Assembly: GCF_006345805.1 (NCBI RefSeq)
Contig: NW_021834531.1
Coordinates: 1-47,752 of the forward strand
DNA length: 47,752 nucleotides
Direction of reading: 5' to 3'
Source: Octopus sinensis
Taxonomy: Eukaryota
The position numbers and the translations under genes were made by a program. The first letter of the stretch is position 1, and every line of letters starts with the position of its first letter. The notes below the pieces were generated by a model that had not been told where the DNA came from, did no database searches, and saw nothing but the letters and a program-made list of their open reading frames with translations. Below are positions 24,195 to 36,384 of this stretch, in pieces.

Positions 24195-24510
24195 TAACTG
24201 GCACTCCGTCGGTTACGACGACGAGGGTTCCAGTTAATCCAGTCAATGGAACAGCCTGCTTGTGAAATTAACGTGCAAGTGGCTGAGCACTCCACAGGCA
24301 CGTGTACCCTTAACGTAGTTCTCGGAGATATTCAGCGTGACACAGAGTGTGTGACAAGGCTGGCCCTTTGAATTACAGGTACAACTCATTTTTGCCAGGT
24401 GAGTGAAATGAAGCAATGTGAACAAAAGTGTCTTGCTTAAGGACACAGCGCACCGCCGGTTTTCGAACTCAGGACCTTACGATCCTGAGCCGAGTAGTCT
24501 AACCTTAACC
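24195..24510 (-). mobile_element. tRNA-derived SINE, family C-related
   Basis: Minus strand: ...gagttcgaaaaccggcggtgcgctgtgtccttaagcaagacactttt...; tail ctggaaccctcgtcgtcgtaaccgacggagtgccag. Confidence 0.65.
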
Positions 24511-24521
24511 ACTAAATTAAT

Positions 24522-24602
24522 TAGTTATATGCTTATCTCAAAGCTTAAGCCATGTAAGTGTAAGTTCGTGTTGTAAACGAATGGTGAAACCGCGAATTGC
24601 TC
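24522..24602 (+). pseudogene. Degenerate 18S rRNA 5'-end fragment
   Basis: tagttatatgcttatctcaaagcttaagccatgtaagtgtaag...ggtgaaaccgcgaattgctc aligns to the universal 18S 5' region TAGTCATATGCTTGTCTCAAAGATTAAGCCATGCATGTCTAAG...GTGAAACYGCGAATGGCTC. Confidence 0.85.
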
Positions 24603-24784
24603 GATCCTTCTTTTTTCTCTTATTCCATTTTATTTGAATCCTCCATAGTGGCATTTAAATTAACGCGAAAAAAATGTCTTTAACTTAGTGTTTTAAATGT
24701 TTTGTTTTGTTTTGTTTCTGTTGTTTTTTCTTACATATTTATTTTGTAGTTCTATTCTTTCTTTACACTTCTATTTATCGGTTT

Positions 24785-25270
24785 TGAAATTTCAATAAAA
24801 TTTTTGCTTCTTTTCGTACAAATGACGATGAAGTGTGAAGTGGAGATGAAGTGTAAAGTGTGAAGTAGAGAGAAAAAAAAAACGAACTAATTTATCTCAC
24901 GACCCAATAGCTAAGTGTCTTGGCACTGCCATGTACAAGATACTTAAAGAAACATGTTGACTGACAAACTGTAGCATGGACTTGATCTGTTGTGTGTCAT
25001 TACCACGATTTATGCATCAAATCAAGATGGGATATTTTGTAATATCATACATTTATAGAATACAGTTTGTCTACAGTTTGACTACAGTTTGTCAGTCAAC
25101 ATGTTTCTTTAAGTATCTTGTACATGGCAGTGCCAAGACACTTAGCTATTGGGTCGTGAGATAAATTAGTTCGTTTTTTTTTCTCTCCACTTCACACTTT
25201 ACACTTCATCTCCACTTCACACTTCATCGTCATTTGTACGAAAAGAAGTAAAAATGTTATTCAAATTTCA
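24785..25270. repeat. ~190-bp inverted repeat (24785-24974 / 25082-25270) containing two outward-facing mariner-like ends
   Basis: Arms are near-identical reverse complements. Each contains TA|TTGGGTCGTGAGATAAATTAGTTCG, which resembles a mariner TIR. The inverted repeat is certain; the mariner label is inference. Confidence 0.85.
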
Positions 25271-25489
25271 GGCAAATCAGATACCATACAGCATAAATTC
25301 TAGATTTAATAAAATTATCTTCGACTCTACGGGATGTCATAATTATCAAACGGCAACTAAGACCAGCTCCGCTTTAGAAGGGGCGATAATCTCAAGAATC
25401 AAAAATTTTACCTAGCTCCTGCAGAGGGCTAATTGGGCCTATGGCCTAGAGCTAAAGAGAGCAATAATAATAATAAAGTATTTATTGGT

Positions 25490-25811
25490 ACTCTTCCAAT
25501 ATGGTGTTACTTTAAATCCAGTTTAAATGAAAAACTTGTCAGTTCACAAATTTTGGGAGTTCTTTTAAAATTTGGATTTTTAGCTGTTAGCATATAACAA
25601 ATACTCATCCAGACCTGATCCCAATGCTAGATGTTCAAGAACCAAATGAAGGGTAGATTTTCAATCCCGGGATCATCTTGATTTCAAAAAAGGCATGATA
25701 TATTTATGTAGAGGAAATGTAGACTGAGATTACAGGCGTCCCGGACGGACGAACGGACGGACGCAAGCACACACGCACGGACAGACAAAATTTCGTATTT
25801 ATTATTATAGA
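25490..25811 (-). mobile_element. Probable non-autonomous Helitron, 5' part
   Basis: Minus strand begins TCTATAATAATAAATACGAAATTTTGTCTGTCCGTGCG..., directly abutting the CTAG end of the next element. Left boundary uncertain. Confidence 0.45.
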
Positions 25812-26200
25812 CTAGCAGTATCACCCGGCGTTGCTCGGGTTTGTTTCGACGCTTTACAATTGGAATTTTTCAAATGTAATTATTTTGCATTATGTAGCTT
25901 GTTATTCTCTTTAAGTGAACATTTTTCTGGTTGAAATACACCGAAAAATGGCGACACAGCAGTAAAAATAATCGTAAAAAATAGGGATTTTCATAGAAAA
26001 AAAGCACCTTTTTGATGTAAATAATTTTTGGTGTTAACATGGTCCGATTTGAATTTTATCTTCTACGGAAGGAAGAGCAAGCCTTCTTCTATCATACTCT
26101 CAATTTTGGTGAACTTGCGCCGCAAGGTCTCGGAGGAGATAGTGTTAGTTGAAGGCTACCAAACCTGCCATACACAGACAACTTCAGCTTTATCTATATA
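25812..26200 (-). mobile_element. Non-autonomous Helitron (second family)
   Basis: Minus-strand 3' end CCCGAGCAACGCCGGGTGATACTG-CTAG (hairpin + CTAG); body unlike family D. Confidence 0.7.
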
Positions 26201-26583
26201 CTAGCAGTATCGCCCGGAGTTGCTCAGGTTTGTAAGGGAAATAACTATAAAGCATTTTTAGAGAGTTATAGCCAAAAAATAGCAAAAAATGGAAATAAAT
26301 GATGGTAAATTTTTTTTGAGAGTAAAAAAAGGTCGAGTTGCGTCCCCTAGACAGTCTGTGGTTTGTGTTTCTGATTCTCGACCCCATGTCGAATTTATCG
26401 ATTTTTTTCAGAACTGGGGGAACTTTTCAAAATTTTCGCTGCGTTAGTTTTGAATTATGACATTGGGCTATGTGTGTGTCAAGTTTCATCAGAATCGGTT
26501 GAAAGCAGTGGTCAGGGTGAGGGTACAACCAAACAGACACACAGAAACACACACAGACAAACTGCCGTTTATATAGAGAGAGA
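26201..26583 (-). mobile_element. Non-autonomous Helitron family D, complete
   Basis: 5' TC (26583-26582), 3' hairpin + CTAG (26204-26201), flanked A|T; homologous over its full length to 43034-43413. Confidence 0.85.
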
Positions 26584-26603
26584 TACCTAAATCTGTTAAG
26601 CGT

Positions 26604-26868
26604 GGAGGCGCGTGGCTTAGTGGTTAGGGTGTTAGCATGATGATCGTAAGATTGTGGTTTCGATTCCTGGACCGGGGCAATGCATTGTGTTCTTGAGCAA
26701 AACACTTCATTTCACGTTGCTTGCTCCAGTCTACACAGCTGGCAAAAATGAGTAACGCTGCGATGGACTGGCGTCCCGTCCAGCTAGGGAACACATACGC
26801 CATTGAAATCGGGAAACCGGACCCATGAGCTTGGCTAGGCTTTAAAAGGGCGCATTTATTTATTTATT
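26604..26868 (+). mobile_element. tRNA-derived SINE family C (CORE-like centre), full length
   Basis: ggaggcgcgtggcttagtggttagggtg...gtttcgattcc...tgtgttcttgagcaaaacacttcatttcac...ggctaggctttaaaagggcgca(TTTA)n; homologous to 38722. Confidence 0.9.
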
Positions 26869-27227
26869 TTAAATCTGTTCAGCTACGTTGTGAAGCGCAT
26901 TTCAAGCGAAAGAACGCTGTGATGAGCTAATTAATTGGCTGGAGAAAGACATTCGCAATTTAAGCTTAAAGAGAGAAGTTATGAGCTTTCGATGATGTAA
27001 AAGCAAAGTGGATCTGGGTGACATTTAAACTCAGAACTTAAACGGATAATATCCAGCTATACAGTTAAGAATGATTTTTAACCACATATTCGATTTTTAT
27101 AAATTAATTGAGTAAACTTCACTGTGTGTGGTTAAGTTTGTGATCAAATACAAAATGAAAACTAACCAGAGGTATTATATACTATCCTTTACCGAATATG
27201 CCGTCATTAGTCTTTTCAAAGTCATAT

Positions 27228-27470
27228 ACTCTTTTACTCTTTTAATTGTTTCAGTCATTTCACTGTGGCCATGCTGGATCACCGCCTTTAGTCGAACAAA
27301 TCGACTCCAGGACTTATTCTTTTGTAAGCCTAGTACTTATTCTATCGGACTCTTTTGCCGAACCGCTAAGTTACGGGGACGTAAACACACCTGCATCAGT
27401 TGTCAAGCGCTGTTGGGGGGACAAACAGACACAAACACACAAGCTACTTACCACACAGCCACTCCTATGC
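27228..27470 (-). mobile_element. SINE family A with internal deletion
   Basis: The 3' half is joined directly to the head (acacac|aagctacttaccacacagccactcc). Confidence 0.8.
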
Positions 27471-27634
27471 ACAAAAAAACATACACAGTCACATACACAA
27501 AAACACACAAACACACGCACATAATCACGCACACACTCGCGCGCACATATTTAAAGATGCGAGAAAAATACAGACTCTAGAAGTTTTGAGATGCTCAAAA
27601 TATTTAATATTTTCAAATTAAACTTTATCGTTTA

Positions 27635-27850
27635 TCTTTTACTTGTTTCACTCATTAGAACTGTGGCCAGGCTGGAGCACCGCCTTGACGAGTCAAATGA
27701 ATCGACCTCAGTACTTTTTTTTAAAGCCTGGTACTTATACTACCGATGCGTTTTTGCCGAACCGCTAGGTTACGGGGACGTAAACATAATATAAGTTGTC
27801 AAGTGGTGATGGGAGAAAAACGTAGGCACAAAGACACACACACACACACA
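27635..27850 (-). mobile_element. SINE family A, 3' half (divergent)
   Basis: gctggagcaccgcc...ttttgccgaaccgctaggttacggggacgtaaac. Confidence 0.75.
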
Positions 27851-28044
27851 CATACATACATACATACATACATCATGCATGTGTGTGTGCGTATACACAC
27901 CTATTTAGCAGAGTGACTGAAGGTCTGAGAGTTTCGTGCGTTGACACATGAGTCACTCTGTTATTTCTGCTAAATATTAATAAAAATATACATATACTCA
28001 TATTTTGAGTTCTATTTTTTCTATTTGCCTCCAATTCCTGTTTT

Positions 28045-28072
28045 CCCGGGAATTACCAGGTACGTCAGCTAG
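28045..28072 (+). mobile_element. Helitron-type 3' terminus (orphan)
   Basis: CCCGGGAATTACCAGGTACGTCAG-CTAG-T; an inverted near-copy lies at 29842-29869. Confidence 0.5.
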
Positions 28073-28080
28073 TATATATA

Positions 28081-28160
<80 letters not shown>

Positions 28161-28344
28161 TGTATGTATGTATGTATGTATGTTGGCCTACTCGCTTAGC
28201 CAACGGGGTGGCGTCATTTGAAGGCTAAAACAATGCGAAGCGCATTGTGACCAGCGATGTGTAATAACATCTAATAGCCTGGTCGATCACGGTGATGCAT
28301 CTATGTATGTATGTATGTATGTACTATGTATGTGTGTATTTATA

Positions 28345-28507
28345 TGCGAGGGGGTTTTTTTTTCAGTTTCCGTTTACCAAATGCATTCACAAGGATTTAT
28401 TTGACCCGAAGCTATAGTAGAAGACAATTGCCGAAGGTACCACGCAGTGGAACTGAACCCGGAACCATGCGGTTGAGAAGTAAGCTTCTTACCACACAAC
28501 CGCACCT
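28345..28507 (-). mobile_element. SINE family A, 5' half
   Basis: ttcagtttccgtttaccaaat...cacgcagtggaactgaacccggaaccatg...cttaccacacaacc. Confidence 0.8.
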
Positions 28508-29094
28508 TAAACATTTTTTCGTTTTTTTTTGTTGTTTTTTTTTAATATTCTTTCATCCACCTAACAGGATCCAGTAACGTGTTTTATATCTTCCCAAGCG
28601 ACGAGAACAGCAATAGTTGCAGGAACAGCATACAAAATGCCATACCAGGACTGCTAGCTGCAAAACTAGCAACGATAGCAATTATACACATTTAACAATT
28701 GTATATCAACAATACTAATAAACTGACTTGGAATCACTATAACGGCAGTAATAATAGCAGCGAAAGTAGCGGGAACCGTATATAGCAATTTACATTTCAG
28801 CCACACTAATAAACTGTCTTTCCTTGCATGAAAATCGCCATAGCAACAGCAGCTCCGTTGTATGTAATAGTAGCAATAGCTAAGTAACGGAATAGAATGG
28901 AAAGATCTTTGGCAGAAGACCACAAAATTTGGAGTAGCAAAGTGAATACAAAAGACCTATTACTGGTGCTTATTTTATCGATCCCAATAGGACGAATGTC
29001 AAAGTTGATTTCGGGTAGGATTTGATTTCAGAACGTAAAGGATTTAACCAAACACCGAAAAGACATTTTCTCAAGTACTCTACTTAATCATAGT

Positions 29095-29310
29095 GTTTAA
29101 ATTGGTATTTTATTTTTATCTTTGAGTGTGGTTATGCTGGAGCATCACCTTGAAGGTTATAGTCAGACTTGTCGCCTCTAGTACTTATTTTTTTCGAAGT
29201 CTGGCACTTATTCTATCAGTCTCTATTTTTCCGAACCGCAAGGTTACGGAGAAGTAAACAAGCCAACACCGGCTGTGAAATACCGGGGAGACAGAGACAA
29301 AGGCACGCGC
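29095..29310 (-). mobile_element. SINE family A, 3' half (divergent)
   Basis: atgctggagcatcacc...agtacttatt...ccgaaccgcaaggttacgg. Confidence 0.6.
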
Positions 29311-29336
29311 GCATATGTGTGTGTGTGTGTGCGTGT

Positions 29337-29560
29337 GAAGGCGCATGGCCTAGTGGTTACGGTGTTGCTCTCACGATCTAGCAATTATGATTTCAATTCC
29401 TAGACCAAGGGGTGTGTTGTGTTCTTGAACAAAACACTTCATCTCGCGTTGCTCTGCAATCTCTTCGACACCTGACACATGGTACACCGTGCACCTGTTC
29501 AGACAACATCGATTTGATTAAAGGGGGGAGCTAATGTATGGTACATACATTTGATCACTA
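29337..29560 (+). mobile_element. SINE family C-related
   Basis: gaaggcgcatggcctagtggttacggtg...tgtgttcttgaacaaaacacttcatctc. Confidence 0.7.
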
Positions 29561-29633
29561 TTAACAAATCATTTGTGCAAATCATTCGGCAAAATCTGCA
29601 CGCCCATACGTCGTCTTCGACGGGACAGTACAT

Positions 29634-29841
<208 letters not shown>

Positions 29842-30690
29842 CTTGCTGGCGTACCTGGTAATTCCCGGGAAAGCGGAGCTTATCCCTTGGTTCCGTCCTC
29901 ATAATTGTTTCTCTAATCCAATAACAACAATACAAAGTATGTAGCCCTTAAAACGGTTTTTGTGCATTTCCAGAGAATACCGAACTGCCTTACACAGGAT
30001 CTTGTTTTTAGGAATTCCCAATAAGTTATGAATACCCAACTTGTGAAGTCAGTTATGTAATGAAATTAGTTACTCGATTGTAAGAATTCAAATAAAGTAC
30101 CCCCGAAAAGGGCTTTAATGCGTCCCCAGAGTATATAGAACATAGGAGGAAATACTAATAAGGAATGTATACTAAAATCCTGAAGTTTGTTATGTAATAA
30201 CAGCCTAATCAGATATGAGATAATAACAATTCAAAGTAAATAACTCTGAAAAGAGCTTTTGTGAGTTCCCAGAGAATATTACCCTCAGGGGCGCTAGTAT
30301 ATTCGTGAATAAGTCACTAACCGAAAAAAGTGGATCTGTTGTTTAGGAAATACTATTTACTTGTTTTAAGGGTTGTACTGGATAAATTTCGAAAATAACT
30401 CTAACAGTTCAAATACTAAGAAATAAGTATACTCAATTTCATTTTTACCAAATAATTTAGGAAAATGCATGGGTTATTTCCCTCGTTTTTTAAAATAAAA
30501 TATATTAGATATATATAAGGATCCCTTCCAGGAGCCCTATTATCGATCTTTTTTCAACAACCTGAGTATGCCATGAGATTTCCAGACATGAGTTCCACTC
30601 ACGTGTCAAGTTTCATCAAAATCACTAAAACGATGTAGGAGGAGTTAGCTAATAAATCCACAAACACACCCACAGACAGAATTTCCTACA
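29842..30690 (-). mobile_element. Probable non-autonomous Helitron-like element
   Basis: Minus-strand 3' end cccgggaattaccaggtacgccag-CAAG-t (decayed CTAG). Its other end has gtgtcaagtttcatcaaaatc...cacagacag, like the 5' region of family D. Confidence 0.5.
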
Positions 30691-30795
30691 TATGCATGTA
30701 TGTATGTATGTAGGTATGTATTATGTATGTATGTATGTGTGTGTGTGTGTGGTGTGTGTGTGTATTACAAGCCTCTCGATAGGGCGGCTTTTAAG

Positions 30796-32184
30796 CTAGT
30801 TCCTGCGGAGTGCTCTTGATTGGGCCTTGGGCCCAACAATGACACTTCATGCATTGAGTACATATTAAATTTTATTAAACTTGAACAATATTTTTCAAAC
30901 AATTAACAGTTCTCATAAAAACAATGATATAATTTGTCTATTTGGAACTTACTGTAAAGCTGCATGATAAACAACATTTTTGGTCTTACCATTCGGGCTC
31001 AGTACAAATAGCTTGTTTCCATTCCCAACTCTTGAACATCCAACACAGAGCTGGCCGTGAGAAAAGCAGAGTTCCATCAGATGAAGCCCATTTACTTTCA
31101 ATGATTGTTCTTGGGACTTATTGATTGACATTGCTTAGCTCACTCTCACTGGAAACTGAAGTCTTTTGAACTCAAAAGGAAGATCTGGAAAAATTAAGAG
31201 GTTTCTTAGAATTAAAACTCATTCCTCCTTTCCTGGACCAGTAAGGATCTCTGCTTCCAAGAAATGAGGAAGCATTTTCTTGACAATTAACCTTGTTCCA
31301 TTACAGAGCTTTGGATGATCCAGATTTCTCAACAGCATAATTGGCACATCTTTCTTTTAGTTCCAGCTTGTGCGATGGCATTCCAGGAAGATTCAAAGAG
31401 TTCAGGAACTCTGTTGGATAATTCACTGCCTGCTTTTGCTCAACCACAATGTCAATGAAAAAGTACTTCATGCTTTCTTTTGGAATTTCTTGGAGAAGTT
31501 TCCAGTTGATACTATCCACAGTTTGATTCTTGGAAGCTAATATGGCCCTCTCACAAAGCTAGTTTGAATCCATGAAATGGTGTTCAATGTTTGGGTGAAC
31601 ATAGTTAATCAAGTCTTGGATACTTGAGACTGAAATTCCACAACCATTTGGGAGTAAAATATCTCCATTATGGTCCATTTTGATAATTCCATTGCCAAGC
31701 TGCAACAACAAAGCAGCAAATCTTCCTGCTTCAAGGCCACCTGTAATTCTGACTCTCATGTTTGTTTTCAGGTTGAGTCTTTGAACATGGCTCCAGATAT
31801 TAAAAAAATTTTCAGGTGAGCATTGATTTCATCAGCTGGAGTTCTTCTTGCAATGACTGGAAATATTTGTCTGTCCGGATTTGGCCCAGAATGTTTCAAT
31901 TTACTCACGGAGTCGGCCTTTAGATTATAAAAATTGTTATCGTACAAAAAAATTCGTCGCAAAAAATCACGTAAAAAATCGCCGAAAACAATCGCAATAA
32001 TCAAAACCTGGGAATCCAAAATTTCCGGATTGTGGGTCCGGATTCGGCCCGGAATGTGTTTAATTTACTCATGGAGTCGACATGATTCCAAAATGGTATG
32101 ATATGTGGGGCTGCGGCCTCTAGGAGTAAAGTTGCAAATAAAGTAACACACTGACACACTGACATTCGCATTTACTATTAGAGA
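30796..32184 (-). mobile_element. Internally deleted Helitron retaining the C-terminal half of the helicase
   Basis: 5' TC at 32184-32183 preceded by A; CTAG at 30799-30796 with a GGGCCCAAGGCCC hairpin upstream; helicase motifs in between. Confidence 0.8.
30949..31873 (-). pseudogene. Helitron RepHel PIF1-family helicase, C-terminal fragment with frameshifts and stops
   Basis: Motifs in the correct order across frames: RQIFPVI.RRTPADEI, NMRV, FAALLLQLGNG, YPTEFLNSLNLPGMPSHKLELK, MSINKSQEQSL, CFSHGQLCVGCSRV, TKNVVY. Confidence 0.92.
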
Positions 32185-32394
32185 TAGGGGTGTTTCCACG
32201 CAGTTTCCGTCTACTAAATTCACTCACAAGGTATTGGCCAGCTAAGGGCTATAGTAGCGGTAACTTGCCCACGCTGATGTACGAATTACAAGCACTATGG
32301 TATATTGATTGACGAGAGGAAAGAAGCTATCTTCTAGCTCAAGATCTGGTTCGAATGCTTGCAGCCGAGTGGGCTCCGCTAAAACGGCCCAAGG

Positions 32395-32520
32395 TGTCAG
32401 ATATTTGTGTGAGAGTGGGCGATGGATTAAGTCTGCTACCCAGAGAAATTACAATGGGATTTGAACTCAGGACGCAAAAAGCTGAAATAGATACCACAAA
32501 GCATCTCGTCCATTTGTTTA
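32395..32520 (-). mobile_element. Decayed SINE family B-like fragment
   Basis: gggatttgaactcaggacgcaaaaag...aaagcat resembles the reverse complement of the family B head. Confidence 0.5.
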
Positions 32521-32609
32521 GTTTATCTCTTCTCCTTCTTTGAAACCCATGCATCGTTTCGGAGTCGATATATAAAGTAACAGTCCAGTTCATTCTGAGG
32601 CTCGAGTCC

Positions 32610-32967
32610 TCTGTTTCTCTCTCTCTCTCTTCTCTCTCTCTCCCTCTCTCTCTCTCTCCCGCACTCACTCTCTCTCTTAGCTTTCCTTCTTTTTCTTTCT
32701 TTCTCCCCCTCACTTCTCTCTCTCACTCACTTTTCTCTTTCTTTCTTTCTTTATTTTCTCTCTTCTCTCTCTCTCTCTCTCTGCATTTTACATGTCATTC
32801 AAAAGGCCATTATCACACTGGTTCGACCAGTCTTTCGTTTCTCAGCCATATCTTCTACATTCTTATGCGCGCGCGCGGACGCACACACACACACACACTT
32901 CATCCATATTTCATGCCTTCTAGACCTTCTCTTCCTCTCTCCTTCTCTCTCTCTCTCTCTCTCAGTT

Positions 32968-33014
<47 letters not shown>

Positions 33015-33144
33015 ATAAAAACACACAGATGTACATAGATAAGCATTTATAGATATGTATTTATGTATATATATCTTTTTATCTATAAATATATATAAAG
33101 ATAAATTACGCATATGTATAGTCACATCTTGCACGGTGCGCGCG

Positions 33145-33183
<39 letters not shown>

Positions 33184-33298
33184 GCACACGTACAAGCACA
33201 AACATATTTTCACACATGCACGTATTTACACTTACACCAAGTTAACCTCACCAACATTGATTAATGACCATCAGTTTTACGCTCAGAGTGTCTCCCCA

Positions 33299-33353
<55 letters not shown>

Positions 33354-33577
33354 ATACACACACGTACACACATATATATGCATACATACATATAGATGTG
33401 AGTAGATGCTCATATATATATATATATATATATATATCCGCATAAATATTTGTATATAAATATATATACTTATAATTACACACATTCTCTGGCCTCTCGC
33501 TCACTTTCTCTCGGACATACCTACCTACCTACCTACATATATACATACATACATACATACATACATACATACATACA

Positions 33578-33611
<34 letters not shown>

Positions 33612-33808
33612 CATACATACATACATACATACATGCATACATACATACATACATACATACATACATACATACATACCATACATACATACAAGCATATGTG
33701 TACATATATATAAATATGTGTGTATGAGTGAGAGTGGCATTGTGAGTGTGTGTGAGTGTGCATGTGTGTATATATGTGTGTGTGTGTGTAGATTACAGAC
33801 TTATATAT

Positions 33809-33852
<44 letters not shown>

Positions 33853-33982
33853 GCATGTATACTTGTGTGTATGTATATCTGTGCATATACGCATGTATGC
33901 ATATTTGTGCATATATATGTATATATATATATATATAATATATATATGTCTGTGTGTGTGTGTGTGTGTGTGTATCGTATAC

Positions 33983-34036
<54 letters not shown>

Positions 34037-34053
34037 TCACACACACATATATA

Positions 34054-34094
<41 letters not shown>

Positions 34095-34122
34095 ATACAT
34101 ACATACATACTATATATATATA

Positions 34123-34192
<70 letters not shown>

Positions 34193-34260
34193 TATATGTG
34201 TGTATGTATGTATGTATGTACACACACACACATACACACAACACAGGTATATTTACACAT
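32610..34260. repeat. Extended compound (CT)/(CA)/(TA)/(TACA) microsatellite region
   Basis: Read directly from the sequence. Confidence 0.9.
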
Positions 34261-34729
34261 ACGTTTCTTTATACGTGCAGAAAACATACAGATGAACGCA
34301 TGTACTGTTCTAAAGGCACGTGTGAGGTGCCTCTCATCCTTTTTCAGCTTCTCTACATCCTCCCACCCTCTTCCACCTACGCCACCACTACCCTCTCTCT
34401 CTCTCTTTTTGTCCTCTCCCTCTCTCTCCCCCTTCTCTCTCTCCCTCTATTACATATCATTTCCATCTCTGACCTTGGACATCATTGCATTTCCCTTCAA
34501 TAATTCCACTTCTGCTGTTACTTGACTCCCCAAACCCCACCCCCACTCCACCCCTGCTTCTCTTTTCCCCTCCTCCTCTCCCCCTCCTCCTCCTCCTCTT
34601 AAAGCAGCTGGATATTTAGATAGAATATTTCTGTAGAAGAGATCATGATAAATCACCGACGTGATTCATGTTGACTTTCATTCAATCAATCTCAGCCCGG
34701 ACATTTGGTGCCCATTGACTCCTGCCTGC

Positions 34730-34980
34730 GCTCTCGTCGTCATCATCACCACCACAACCACCACCACCACCACCACCACCACCGTCATCATTATCATCGT
34801 CGTCGTCATCATCATCAACATCATCATCATCATCATCATCGTCATCACTACCACCAATACATCATCATCATCACCACTACCACTATCATCATCATCATCA
34901 TCATATTTATCATTACCGTCGTCGTCGTCGTCGTCATCATCATCATCACTACCACCAATACCATCATCATCATTACCATC

Positions 34981-35077
<97 letters not shown>

Positions 35078-35149
35078 TGTCATTATTACCGTCAGCATCA
35101 TTATTTACCGTCGTTGTCATCATCATCATCATCGTCATCGTCATCATCG

Positions 35150-35183
<34 letters not shown>

Positions 35184-35246
35184 TGTCATTATTACCGTCA
35201 GCATCATTATTTACCGTCGTTGTCATCATCATCATCATCGTCATCG

Positions 35247-35289
<43 letters not shown>

Positions 35290-35540
35290 TGTCATTATTA
35301 CCGTCAGCATCATTATTTACCGTCGTTGTCATCATCATCATCGTCGTCGTCGTCGTCGTCGTCGTCGTAATCATCATGGCCGTCGTCATTGTTCTGATCA
35401 TCGTCGTTTTTGCCAACCAGGACAGCAATAGCAAAAATAGTATAGTGATCGCCTCCTGCGATCCTATCATCATCATCATCATCATCATCATTGTCGTCAA
35501 CAACAACAACAATAACAACAGTGATAACGACAATAGCAGC
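34730..35540. repeat. Compound (CAT)/(CAC)/(CGT) trinucleotide array with a 106-bp higher-order repeat
   Basis: The block gtcattattaccgtcagcatcattatttaccgtcgttgtc starts at 35079, 35185 and 35291. Confidence 0.9.
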
Positions 35541-36384
35541 AGCAGCGGCAGCAGCAGCGGTAATAAGAACGATTAATTACAACAGCCGCAGTAATAACAG
35601 AGAATGACAGGCATAACTGAGAGGGTGGGGTGGAAGTAGGGAAGCGGGTGGATGAGGAGGGAAACGGGGGGCGAAAATGGGGGGTAGGGATGAGCGGAGA
35701 GGTTTAGCACAACAGCCACAGCTCCCGATTACCACAGTAACAACTATGTTAACAACAACAACAACAACAACAAGGACACCATGAACAATAGCGGTTACTT
35801 CCTCCACCACGACAACTGCAACAAGAACCTCAATCGCTGCACCATCAAGCATCATGATCAGCTTCCAGTTCAACAACAACAACAGCAACAACAACATAAA
35901 GTAACAGCAACAACAACTACAGCGCAGAACAGTGACACGAACATTAACAGTGTGGTATAATGTTCTTATCTATGTTAGCAGTAGAGCAAAGGGCTCACCT
36001 AGAGGCTCCGATCAAACCTCTGTCAAGCTGATTGGAGGCCCGGGTCAGATGTAGGCCCAGTTCCAGTTGGTGATAAACCCATGTCATATGTGAGATGTGG
36101 GTCTAATTTCAATCTTGATAATAGGCTCAGGCCAGATGGCAAACGTCCCATTTCAGCCAAGTAACAGGCTTAATCGAGAAATGTCTTGGCCTTATTTCAA
36201 ACTGACCTTTAAGTATTTTAATAATAATCAATTCTAAGTGTATTTGTTTTGTGTACGAGTTATAGGTACATGATGGACATGTAGGATAGATGATGTACTT
36301 AATAAAAGAACAAAGTATTACTTAGAAAGACAAAAAATGCAAATTTTTTACAATGCTCCTATTTCTTCTCAATATCATAGACCC

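Noticed and set aside
34661-35576. His/Ser/Ile-rich ORFs up to 256 aa
   Set aside because: Simple trinucleotide array; the 106-bp repeat shifts frame, and there are no credible splice or start signals.
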